Shown here: positions 36,204-44,793 of the stretch, piece after piece
Layout: each line of letters begins with the position of its first letter
Numbering within the stretch: the first letter of the stretch is position 1
Origin: an uncultured Anaerolineales bacterium
Lineage (GTDB): Bacteria > Chloroflexota > Anaerolineae > B4-G1
Assembly: GCA_964444825.1 (NCBI GenBank)
Contig: CAYUIS010000010.1
Coordinates: forward strand, 1-59,412
Direction of reading: 5' to 3'
DNA length: 59,412 nucleotides
Notes under the pieces: generated by a model
What the model saw: the letters and a program-made list of their open reading frames with translations, nothing else
The model's database searches: none
Told to the model about the DNA's origin: nothing
Made by a program: the position numbers and the translations under genes

Positions 36204-38522
36204 TTAGAGCTGCTCCAGTACCTGCTCGTAGGCCTCGACGTTGGGCGGATTAAGTCTGATGATGACTCGAAGTGTCGCCTTCGCATCCTCGGTAAGCCCA
36301 GCTTCTATCTGCAAGTCACCCAGCTTGTCCAAGTGAACCAAGGCCTGATCAACGTTTCCGGTGTCCAGATGTGTCTGAGCCAAGCGGGTGCGCAAGGGAA
36401 TATCATCAGGTCGCTCGCCGACAGCGTCTTCCAGTATAGCAAAGATACGCTGTGTCTTGCCGCTCTCGCGGTAGACTTCGAGGAGACTATCAAGTTCAGC
36501 GATCGCCACTTCGGGTTTTTTGAAACGATAGTAAAGATCCATCAACGTCAGGCGGGCTCGCTCATCCTCTGGAGCCAGTGCGCGGATTTGCTCATACGCC
36601 TCGATGGCACGCTTCCAGTCCACGCGTTGCATATCGATGTCGCCGATTTTGTGCAGAATCCGAACCTGCCACCGCTGCCCAGAGGCCCCTCGCGGCGCCA
36701 GTTTTAACGCTTCCTGATAGATCTCACGGGCTCGATCCATTTGCGCCAAGTGATAGTGACTGTCAGCCAGGATCAAATAGTGCTCCAATGCACTATCGAT
36801 CTCTCCGTGACTGATAAGACTGTCAATCAGTTTGGTCCGCACCTTGGTGTCCATCGGGGCAAGACGCAGGGCTTGTTGGTAGGTCGACATCGACGGACGA
36901 ACGTGACCTCGCATCTGATAGGTATCGGCGATGACGACCAGTTTGGACACTGCGTCCTCGACCTTGCCCATACCCACCAGCACTTGGGCCATCTGTCGAT
37001 GGATAGGTAGGTAGCCGGGAGCGCGACCCAGGGCATAGTAGCATTCCTCCAGCGCAGAATAGAACATGCCTCGCTTGGCATACTCCTGCGCCAAGGACAC
37101 AGACTCCAAAATGCGCTCCGAGCCTGGCATAACAAAGATCTCAGCCAGGCTCAAGGTCGGTCCGTCTTGCGCCAACACATCGAGCCGTTGGCGTGCCTGA
37201 ACAACCTTGTCTTCCCAACCCTTGTCACTGAGCAATTCAACTAGGGCGTTGGTGAACTCTGATGCCTGCTCCCGCTCCCCTTTGGCGATATAGGTGTCAG
37301 CCAGGCTCTCATAGAGCTGAATCAAATCGTCGGCTTGTTCACGCTGGACTGTAGCCAGGTCAACGATCTTGACCACCTCAACAAAATGCTCGAGGGCCTC
37401 GTCAACCCGCCCTCGGGCGCGATAGCATTCACCTAGTGCAAAATGGCTTCCTAGCGTATACTCGGGATGAGGCAGCGTTTTCTCAAACTGAGAGACGGCT
37501 TCATCAAGACGCAATTGCTCTTGATAGAGCAAGCCCAGGTTAAAACTCACGGCAGGTCTCTCTGCACCAGCCTCGATCACCTTCTCATAGGCCTGAATCG
37601 CTTCGTCCACCTTTCCCCTAGTTTGGAAATCGATAGCCTTCCCGATCAGCGCGTCGGTCTCGGCCTTGGTCAGTTGAGCTGCCCGCCCCAACCCGGTTGC
37701 CACCTCGTCCTGAAAAAAACTCTCCGCCAGATCAGCGAGCGCCTTCTGGCGAGCAATGTCGATGGGAGTGCCACGTTCCCCGGAATCCCTTGCCTCCTGC
37801 GCCGTCTCAAAATCCAGCATGCTGGTATCCATCGAATCCTCGATGCCAGAGAAGAGATCAAATCCCTCCGATGCCGATGCCGGCTGCTCCGGCTGCGCGG
37901 TCGTCTCCTCTGGCTCTGTGGTGATCTCCTCTCCACGCTGCAGCCTCTCGAGAGTGAGGGTCACCTCGGCATCCTCTGGAGCCAACTTGAGAGCATGCTG
38001 ACAAATCCGGATCGCATAGTCATTCTGACCTTGAGCATTGTAGATGCGCGCCAGTGTCAAACACTCACCCACTGCCTCGCGCGCCTGGCCCTGGCGCTGA
38101 TAATGCTGAAGGAGCTTTACGTGGGCCTCCACGCTATCAGGCCAGACAGAAACAGCGTCGTGCCACCGCTCCAGTGCGAGATGGGAGGCCTGCTTCTGGC
38201 TCAGATACCGTTCAGCCGAAGCCACGTAGGCTTGGGCGGCCGCTTGACCCTGGCCCAGTGCCTCTTGTATCTGACCAATGCGCTCATACAACATAGGATC
38301 ATCTGGCACACGCTCAACGGCCCGCTGGTAAGCGCCCAAAGCAGCTTCCCACTGGCTCGCACTGAAATACGCCGATGCCAGACTGGTTAGTGCGTCGGCA
38401 TCCGTGGGAAACTCACCCAACGCACTCTGGTAGGCTGTGATGGCCTGCTGCCAGTCCTTCTTCCAAGCGGCCTCGGCCCCCTCACGCATTGCCTCTTCGA
38501 ATATCTTGCGATTTCCTGCCAT
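36204..38522 (-). CDS. TPR-repeat protein (772 aa)
   Basis: Repeated A..Y..AL...P motifs along the full length. Confidence 0.85.
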   Translation of the reverse strand: MAGNRKIFEEAMREGAEAAWKKDWQQAITAYQSALGEFPTDADALTSLASAYFSASQWEAALGAYQRAVERVPDDPMLYERIGQIQEALGQGQAAAQAYVASAERYLSQKQASHLALERWHDAVSVWPDSVEAHVKLLQHYQRQGQAREAVGECLTLARIYNAQGQNDYAIRICQHALKLAPEDAEVTLTLERLQRGEEITTEPEETTAQPEQPASASEGFDLFSGIEDSMDTSMLDFETAQEARDSGERGTPIDIARQKALADLAESFFQDEVATGLGRAAQLTKAETDALIGKAIDFQTRGKVDEAIQAYEKVIEAGAERPAVSFNLGLLYQEQLRLDEAVSQFEKTLPHPEYTLGSHFALGECYRARGRVDEALEHFVEVVKIVDLATVQREQADDLIQLYESLADTYIAKGEREQASEFTNALVELLSDKGWEDKVVQARQRLDVLAQDGPTLSLAEIFVMPGSERILESVSLAQEYAKRGMFYSALEECYYALGRAPGYLPIHRQMAQVLVGMGKVEDAVSKLVVIADTYQMRGHVRPSMSTYQQALRLAPMDTKVRTKLIDSLISHGEIDSALEHYLILADSHYHLAQMDRAREIYQEALKLAPRGASGQRWQVRILHKIGDIDMQRVDWKRAIEAYEQIRALAPEDERARLTLMDLYYRFKKPEVAIAELDSLLEVYRESGKTQRIFAILEDAVGERPDDIPLRTRLAQTHLDTGNVDQALVHLDKLGDLQIEAGLTEDAKATLRVIIRLNPPNVEAYEQVLEQL

Positions 38523-38581
38523 GATACAGCCTTTTTGCTGGAGATGGGCCTTCCGACCCCAATTGCCTGCTTCAGTTCACT

Positions 38582-39511
38582 CTAGATGTCGCGCGCTAGC
38601 AGTTGAGCCAAGATCGCCTTTTGTGCGTGCATACGATTCTCAGCCTGATCCCACAACACCGAATGAGGGCCATCGCAGACACCATCCGTGATCTCGTGCC
38701 CTCGATGGGCTGGCAGACAATGCATAGCGATGACATCCGGCTTGGCCTCTGCCAGCAGTGTCTCGTTAACCTGGTACGGCATAAACAAGCGAGCCCGCTC
38801 GTCTGCCTCAGCCTCCTGGCCCATTGAGGCCCATACGTCAGTGTACACAACGTCGGCCCCGTCGACGGCTTTGTGCGGGTCAGAAGTTGCCAACAAGCGA
38901 CTCCCGCTGTCCGCGGCGAATCGCTCACCCAACGCCCACACAGCCGGAGGGAGCTCATAGCCCCGCGGCCCGGCGATGGCAAAGTCCATCCCCAGCAAGG
39001 TCGCGCCGAACAGGAGGGAGGTTCCCACGTTATTCCCATCGCCTATATAGACCAGTTTACGCCCCTCCAGATTCCACCCCTTGTGCTCGATTATGGTGAG
39101 GAAATCGGCCAGGCCCTGACACGGGTGATTGTAATCCGAGAGCCCGTTGATCACAGGGACGCGAGAGTACTGGGCCAACGTGACAATATCGTTGTGGCCA
39201 AAAACACGGGCCATGATACCATCCACGTAGCGAGAAAGGACGCGGGCCACGTCGGCCACGCTTTCCCGTTTTCCAAGCTGGATTTCGAAGGGAGAGAGAT
39301 AGAGCGCCTGCCCTCCCAGGTGAATCATGCCCATCTCAAAGGACACCCGGGTGCGCAGCGATGGCTTCTGAAAGACCAAACCCAATGTCTTACCCTCGAG
39401 TATTGGACGGTTGCCCCCATCCATCCACTCTTCCTTCAGATCAACAGCCAGTCTGAGTAATCCGCCCAACGCATCGGGCGTCAGATCCGCCAAGCCAATA
39501 AAGTGGTCCAT
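38582..39511 (-). CDS. argF: ornithine carbamoyltransferase
   Basis: [40 protein letters not shown]. Start placed at ATG 39511, 7 nt after GGAGG. The longer ORF to 39739 overlaps the upstream gene. Confidence 0.92.
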   Translation of the reverse strand: MDHFIGLADLTPDALGGLLRLAVDLKEEWMDGGNRPILEGKTLGLVFQKPSLRTRVSFEMGMIHLGGQALYLSPFEIQLGKRESVADVARVLSRYVDGIMARVFGHNDIVTLAQYSRVPVINGLSDYNHPCQGLADFLTIIEHKGWNLEGRKLVYIGDGNNVGTSLLFGATLLGMDFAIAGPRGYELPPAVWALGERFAADSGSRLLATSDPHKAVDGADVVYTDVWASMGQEAEADERARLFMPYQVNETLLAEAKPDVIAMHCLPAHRGHEITDGVCDGPHSVLWDQAENRMHAQKAILAQLLARDI

Positions 39512-39615
39512 TGCCTGCCTCCAGAGGAAGTTCACAAATAGTATACCACAAGCAACGCAGGAGCGAAAGCCCCGGCAGGGGGAAAAAGTGAGCACAAACT
39601 GGCCATGCGCCTGGT

Positions 39616-40329
39616 TCAGAACCCCATCGTCTGGCGCGCGACGCGCCAGAGGTTGGTCCGGATTTGATCCTGATCCCGACCAAACTGGCGCAGCACTGCC
39701 TTCATCTCTGCCCGTTTGGAGGTCAGACCCTGCGGACACAGATCAGATAGATCGGGAAAACCAGCTGCCCGTCCGTACCGGGCCAATTCCTTTCCTGGAA
39801 CATAGATCAGAGGACGTATGAGGGTCACAGCACCGTCAAAGAACTCGATGCGAGGCGCTATCGTCTCCAACCTTCCACCATACATCAGATTCAAGAGCAC
39901 GGTGGCAGCCGCGTCGTCGGCGTGGTGACCAAAAGCCAACTTGCTACATCCGTGTCCCACCGCAGCGGAGAATAGCGACTTGCGTCGATTCCACGAACAG
40001 CGAAAGCAATCGAGGGGCAGGGGCTCCTGTGACGGCAACTCCAGGGGGACAAAGTGATACTCAACCTCAAGACGCTGAAACCAGGGGGCAAGCTCAGGAC
40101 GGAGATCTGGAAAACCGACCGGCGTGCCGACGACGTGAAGAGCCACCAGATCATATCGATAGGGCACTCTTTGCTGATAGCGGAGCAACAGCTCAAGCAG
40201 CGCGCGGCTATCCTTCCCACCAGAGACCGCTACCGCCACCCGATCGCCCTCTGCCAGCAAGTCGAACTCCTTGCAGGCCCGAGCTACGGGCTTTAGAAGA
40301 AACGAAGAGATACGCTCGAGGTCACTCAT
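39616..40329 (-). CDS. PP-loop ATPase, TtcA-like tRNA thiolation family
   Basis: [13 protein letters not shown]-loop, CFRC motif, and [15 protein letters not shown]. Confidence 0.78.
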   Translation of the reverse strand: MSDLERISSFLLKPVARACKEFDLLAEGDRVAVAVSGGKDSRALLELLLRYQQRVPYRYDLVALHVVGTPVGFPDLRPELAPWFQRLEVEYHFVPLELPSQEPLPLDCFRCSWNRRKSLFSAAVGHGCSKLAFGHHADDAAATVLLNLMYGGRLETIAPRIEFFDGAVTLIRPLIYVPGKELARYGRAAGFPDLSDLCPQGLTSKRAEMKAVLRQFGRDQDQIRTNLWRVARQTMGF

Positions 40330-40417
40330 CGGCTCATCGAGACACTCACCCGCATCTCAAAGCTGAATCACGATCAGAGCCTCTGCAGTATGTCCCCAGA
40401 TAGAGTCTAGACGGAGG

Positions 40418-41443
40418 TCATTTGGCCTCTCGGCCCTCATACTGCCGGCGGTAGTATTCCTGATAATGCTCGCCGCTCTTGACCGGCCGCCACCACCACT
40501 CGTTCTCAACGTACCAACGCACCGTCTTCTCGATAGCCTCCTCACAGCTGTGCGCTGGCTCCCACCCCAAAGAACAGATCTTGGTCACGTCAAGGGCATA
40601 GCGGCGGTCGTGCCCAGGACGGTCGCGCACTGGCTGGATGAGACTCTGCGGCTTTCCCAAGAGTTCCAGGATCAGGCGGGTCATGTCGATGTTGCGCATC
40701 TCGGTGCCGGTGCCGATGTTGTAAACCTCGCCGATGTCACCCCCGTGCAGGACAATGTCGATCGCCTCGCAGTGATCGAGCACATACTGATAGTCCCGCA
40801 CCTGCAGGCCATCACCATATAGGGGCAGCGGTTGATCATCCATCCCGTTTGTGACAAACAGCGGCACGACTTTTTCGGGGTATTGGTAAGGCCCAATGTT
40901 GTTCGCTCCCCGGGTGACGGTGACCGGCAAACCATAGGTGATATAATAGGCGTTCACCATTAGATCACCGCTGGCCTTGCTTGCAGCATAGGGACTGCGG
41001 GGTGCAACAGGGTCGGTCTCTTTCGAAGCACCCTCAGGTACGTGACCATACACCTCATCGGTAGACACCTGATGCAAGCGCTCCAACTCGAACTCTCGGG
41101 TTGCCTCCAACAGCACGTATGTACCGTAGACGTCCGTCTTGATAAAAGCATCAGGGTTCATTATCGATCTGTCAACGTGCGTCTCCGCCGCAAAGTTGAC
41201 GATGGCCTCCACCTTGTGAGAGCAAAGTGTCTCTCGCACTGTGAGAGCATCACAGATGTCTCCCCGAACGAAAGCATACCGACCAGTGAATCGTTCAGCG
41301 ATATCCTTGAGATTGTCCAGGTTTCCGGCGTAGGTCAGTTTGTCGTAGACTATGATATGATAGTCATCATATTTCTCCAACATATAGCGAACGAAATTGG
41401 AGCCAATAAAACCAGCTCCTCCAGTGACCATCAGATTGCGCAC
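40418..41443 (-). CDS. rfbB: dTDP-glucose 4,6-dehydratase
   Basis: VTGGAGFIGSNF, STDEVYG, PYAASKA. Start placed at GTG 41443, 6 nt after GGAGG. Confidence 0.9.
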   Translation of the reverse strand: MRNLMVTGGAGFIGSNFVRYMLEKYDDYHIIVYDKLTYAGNLDNLKDIAERFTGRYAFVRGDICDALTVRETLCSHKVEAIVNFAAETHVDRSIMNPDAFIKTDVYGTYVLLEATREFELERLHQVSTDEVYGHVPEGASKETDPVAPRSPYAASKASGDLMVNAYYITYGLPVTVTRGANNIGPYQYPEKVVPLFVTNGMDDQPLPLYGDGLQVRDYQYVLDHCEAIDIVLHGGDIGEVYNIGTGTEMRNIDMTRLILELLGKPQSLIQPVRDRPGHDRRYALDVTKICSLGWEPAHSCEEAIEKTVRWYVENEWWWRPVKSGEHYQEYYRRQYEGREAK

Positions 41444-41496
41444 GTAGGACCTCCTGAATCTAGAGCAGTGTATGGGGCTCGGGACTGGGATTCTTA

Positions 41497-41554
41497 ATTT
41501 TACCACAAGCGACAGCCAGTACAACCTTGACTTGCCTGGCGAAAATGCTATCAT
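41497..41554. promoter_or_regulatory. back-to-back divergent promoters (rfbB side and TPR side)
   Basis: On the minus strand: TTGTAC-16-(TGg)TAAAAT (41524-41497). On the plus strand: TTGACT-16-TATCAT (41527-41554). Confidence 0.45.
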
Positions 41555-41591
41555 AACGTCACGCCCCTAGCTATACGGGCAGATTTTGCTT

Positions 41592-43109
41592 ATGTATCTG
41601 GAGCCAACCATACCCAGGAAGAGAAAGCGGCGCTCGTCTCCACTGCGCGTGGTGGTGCTGCTGCTTCTGATCAGCGTCGGCATATACGTCTATACCTTCA
41701 TCCAGCAGGAGGAGATCGAGAGTCCATTCATACCTACTCCTACGCCGACACGCTCGGCGCTGTCGTACGCTGTTGAGGCGGAGGACTTGTACGCCCAGGG
41801 AAGGCTGACAGAGACGATCAAGTCATACGAACAAGCGATTACACTGGAGCCCAACGACGTGCTGCTGTATATTCCCTTGACGCGGCTCCTAATCTTGGAA
41901 GGGCGTTTAATCGAAGCCACACAGACTGCCGAGCAGGCAATCATCATTGCTCCGGAGAACGCGGCAGCGTGGGCGGTTCTAGGGATGGCCCACGATTGGA
42001 ACGGCAACTATGTACAGGCAATCGATGCCTGCAGGCGGGCAGTAGACCTCGATCCCACTTATCCAGAAGGCTACGCATATCTGGCCGAAGCCTATGCCGA
42101 CGCCGGGCGATGGGCGGATGCCACTCAGGCCGCCCAGACCGCCTTACAATTGGACGAACACAGCGTGGATGCACATCGTAACTATGGATATACGCTGGAG
42201 GTTCAGGGAAACTACTGGGGAGCCGTGGAGGCATACGAGCAGGCACTGGAACTGCACCCCAACCTGGCCCACATCCATGTGGCCGCGGGGAGGAGCTATC
42301 GCAGACTGGGTGATATTGAATCGTCGCTGAACAGCTTCAAACGGGCCATCGAGATCAACCCAGGTGATGCGCAGGCTCACTTTGAGCTAGGGTGGACCTA
42401 TCTCACCAACCTGGGAGACTATGAACAGGCCGAGATTCACTTCAAGCAAGCAACCAGCGCAGATCCTCTGTTTGGTCGAGCGTTTGGAGGTCTCGCCATC
42501 ACCTACTGGCACCGCCGAGACTATGAGGACGCTATCCCCAATTTCGAGCGGGCCATCCAACTGACATCCGCCGGGGCACGACGCAGGACCAAATCGTTCA
42601 CCGTCACCATCGAGGATCTGAAGAACGAGGCTGCCGGCCCCTCTCTGGACATAATCGTGCGCGGCGACTTTGAGCGCCCCACCGCCGACAATCAGACCAC
42701 CCTGCGTGCCCCACTAGAGCCAGCAGGGCTTGACGCCCCGGCAAATGCTCGCGGCGAGGTGACCCTCAACACACTTAGCGGGCAGTATCGTGTTACCCTA
42801 CGAGGCTTGCTGCCGTTGCCCACCGATCAGGTATACGTGGGGTGGTTCGATGGGATCAACACCCTTTCGGGTGATCCACTCAGCACGGGACCACTGCATC
42901 AGAAAGCTGACGGTAGTGTCGAACAGGAACTGGAAGCGACGTGGATCCAGGGACCTGCTATCGATTATCTCTACACCCTGGGGTTGGCCTATTTCTACAA
43001 AGCGGAATGCGACAAGGCGTACCCTCTCTTTGAGGCCGCCTTGCAGATTGATCCAGAAGAGGAAAACGCGCTAGAGGGCATCCGGCTATGCCGGGAGGCG
43101 GAGGATTGA
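41592..43109 (+). CDS. membrane-anchored TPR-repeat protein
   Basis: Basic N-terminus plus a TM helix (LRVVVLLLLISVGIYVY), then TPR repeats. A non-TPR insert lies at about aa 330-440. An alternative TTG start is at 41586. Confidence 0.8.
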   Translation: MYLEPTIPRKRKRRSSPLRVVVLLLLISVGIYVYTFIQQEEIESPFIPTPTPTRSALSYAVEAEDLYAQGRLTETIKSYEQAITLEPNDVLLYIPLTRLLILEGRLIEATQTAEQAIIIAPENAAAWAVLGMAHDWNGNYVQAIDACRRAVDLDPTYPEGYAYLAEAYADAGRWADATQAAQTALQLDEHSVDAHRNYGYTLEVQGNYWGAVEAYEQALELHPNLAHIHVAAGRSYRRLGDIESSLNSFKRAIEINPGDAQAHFELGWTYLTNLGDYEQAEIHFKQATSADPLFGRAFGGLAITYWHRRDYEDAIPNFERAIQLTSAGARRRTKSFTVTIEDLKNEAAGPSLDIIVRGDFERPTADNQTTLRAPLEPAGLDAPANARGEVTLNTLSGQYRVTLRGLLPLPTDQVYVGWFDGINTLSGDPLSTGPLHQKADGSVEQELEATWIQGPAIDYLYTLGLAYFYKAECDKAYPLFEAALQIDPEEENALEGIRLCREAED

Positions 43110-43134
43110 CCAGAACCCTATTCTCTGGTATACT
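43106..43134 (+). promoter_or_regulatory. promoter TTGACC-17-TATACT for tRNA-Leu
   Basis: The hexamers overlap the last codons and stop of the TPR gene. The -10 ends 8 nt before the tRNA 5' end. Confidence 0.6.
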
Positions 43135-43142
43135 CCCATTGC

Positions 43143-43225
43143 GCCGGAGTGGCGGAACAGGCAGACGCGCGCGACTCAAAATCGTGTGGGCTTTGCCCAT
43201 GTGGGTTCGATTCCCACCTCCGGCA
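43143..43225 (+). tRNA. tRNA-Leu (anticodon CAA)
   Basis: Acceptor GCCGGAG/CTCCGGC, anticodon stem CGCGA/TCGTG with loop CTCAAAA, long variable arm GGGC-TTT-GCCC, T arm GTGGG-TTCGATT-CCCAC, discriminator A. No CCA is encoded. Confidence 0.93.
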
Positions 43226-43258
43226 TCGTCTCAACCAAAAGTGGGTTGCCAAGCCCCG

Positions 43259-43302
43259 CCGCGGCGTCAACGGGCCAGACGTGCCCAAAGCGCCGCGGTT
43301 TT
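43259..43302 (+). terminator. intrinsic terminator after tRNA-Leu
   Basis: CCGCGGCG...CGCCGCGG: an 8-bp perfect outer stem with an inner GGGC/GCCC pair, followed by TTTTCT. Confidence 0.65.
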
Positions 43303-43332
43303 CTAAGATCAATAGGGCGGGGAGAAGTCTCC

Positions 43333-43734
43333 TTGAATGAGCAGACATATCGTCCGCCTCGCCTGCCGAGGTGGGTTGCCCAGGTAGGCTTGGGCATCTT
43401 GGTTGGCTTGGCACTGGGATTCGCCGTCGGTTGGTGGCTCTGGCCAGTGCAGTACACAAACACGTCGCCCGGCGCACTGCGCCGGGACTATCGGGATGAC
43501 TATATCCTGATGGTCGCCACCGCCTACGAGCTCGGCGACGGCGATGCAGAACAGGCTCAGAGACAGCTTAGTCTACTCGACGCTCAAGAGCCCACTGCTC
43601 CCCTCATCGAGCTGACAGCAAGGCTCAACGAGGTGGGCGGCAGCTCCGCCGACATCACCCGGTTGACCAATCTAGCCCAGGCACTCGGCATTGCCCCTGA
43701 AACGCTGACCCCGCACGCTGACACCCAACCGTGA
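43333..43734 (+). CDS. single-pass membrane protein, paralogue of the N-terminal module of the next gene
   Basis: The listed ORF (43186) overlaps the tRNA and its terminator. I place the start at TTG 43333, after GGGGAGAA. It has a TM helix, then WPVQYTNTSPGALRRDYRDDYILMVATAY. Confidence 0.55.
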   Translation: MNEQTYRPPRLPRWVAQVGLGILVGLALGFAVGWWLWPVQYTNTSPGALRRDYRDDYILMVATAYELGDGDAEQAQRQLSLLDAQEPTAPLIELTARLNEVGGSSADITRLTNLAQALGIAPETLTPHADTQP

Positions 43735-43752
43735 GATGGTGAGAATGAAAAG

Positions 43753-44682
43753 ATGAGCCGCTTTCTAGCACGCTACGCAGCCATCATCATCGGATTGGGA
43801 ATCGGATTGGCCCTGGGCCTCGTGTACACCTGGGTCGTCAACCCGGTCGAACTTGTGAATACATATCCAGCATTGATGCGCACCGATTACCGCAGAGATT
43901 GGGTGCGCCTGGCAGCCCTCTCGTACGCCGCCAACGGTGATATGGAGCGGGTACGCGCACGACTTGACGGGCTGGAACACAGAGACATAGCCGAAGTGAT
44001 ACCTGTGCTGATCGAGGAGTATGCCGCTGCCGGTCACACGGCTGAGATCCTGCGCAGTCTGGCTTTGCTAGCCCAAGTGATGGATGTACACACCCCAGCG
44101 ATGCTCGTATACTTGGGCACACCACCCTCGCCGTCGTCAACGTCCGCTCACACGCCTTCACCTACGCCGATGTCCTCCCGGACTCCGACGCCAACACACA
44201 CACCTACCGCTAGACCTACCAGTACACCTTCACCCACGCCTCGCCCGACAACACCACCTCCCCCTCCCGTCTCACCTACACCCGAACCTACCGACACGCC
44301 CCGTCCTCCAACACCCACGCCCACGCTCCTGGCACGTCTACGGGTGACAGGGCAAGAACAGATATGCCAGCAGGAGCAGGATCAGCACATTGAGATTGTG
44401 ATCAAGGACGAACGCGGCCGAGGGATAGCAGGCGTGGAGGTGTGGTTGATGTGGTCGGGCGGAGCTGATCGGGCCGTGACCGGCCTCAAGCCTCAGGAGG
44501 GAGCTGGCTACGCAGATTTCCACGCTGAATGGGGCATCGACTACTCGCTGGGCATAGGCGAACTGGGGAGGCCGCTAGTGACCGATCTACGTCTAGAGCC
44601 CTGCCCTCTCGAAACAGATAGGAAGCCGATGGTAGGCTCCTGGCGTCTCGTGCTAGAACCGCGTTCCGCCCAGACCGACTAG
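43753..44682 (+). CDS. single-pass membrane protein with a Pro/Thr linker and an uncharacterised C-terminal domain
   Basis: A TM helix, then NPVELVNTYPALMRTDYRRDWVRLAALSY, which parallels the preceding ORF. A PT-rich linker follows, then a ~120-aa domain (HIEIVIKDERGRGIAGVEVWLMWSGG...). Confidence 0.7.
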   Translation: MSRFLARYAAIIIGLGIGLALGLVYTWVVNPVELVNTYPALMRTDYRRDWVRLAALSYAANGDMERVRARLDGLEHRDIAEVIPVLIEEYAAAGHTAEILRSLALLAQVMDVHTPAMLVYLGTPPSPSSTSAHTPSPTPMSSRTPTPTHTPTARPTSTPSPTPRPTTPPPPPVSPTPEPTDTPRPPTPTPTLLARLRVTGQEQICQQEQDQHIEIVIKDERGRGIAGVEVWLMWSGGADRAVTGLKPQEGAGYADFHAEWGIDYSLGIGELGRPLVTDLRLEPCPLETDRKPMVGSWRLVLEPRSAQTD

Positions 44683-44753
44683 AGGTGCATTTTGTGCAAC
44701 AGAGCGCTCGAAGCAGACGGCCTGGCGGGGATTTCTCGCGCCAGCCAATTATG

Positions 44754-44762
44754 TGGTATAAT
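44754..44762 (+). promoter_or_regulatory. extended -10 element TGgTATAAT
   Basis: It lies 32 nt upstream of the kinase ATG at 44794. The -35 is poor (TTCTCG). Confidence 0.4.
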
Positions 44763-44793
44763 CCTAATATAGCTAATCACGGACAAACGGCGT

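Noticed and set aside
37467-38390. 307-aa plus-strand ORF
   Set aside because: It is antisense to the TPR-repeat gene. It is low complexity, with no start-site support.
39512-39739. N-terminal extension of the argF ORF. The trpS, DegV, sortase, GNAT-2, M16, rfbB, DUF2779, fmt and response-regulator ORFs have similar extensions.
   Set aside because: The extensions overlap the upstream gene and lack homology-like sequence. In each case an internal ATG or GTG with a good Shine-Dalgarno gives the canonical protein N-terminus.
43186-43332. 5' part of the listed 182-aa ORF
   Set aside because: It overlaps the tRNA-Leu gene and its terminator. The start was moved to TTG 43333.
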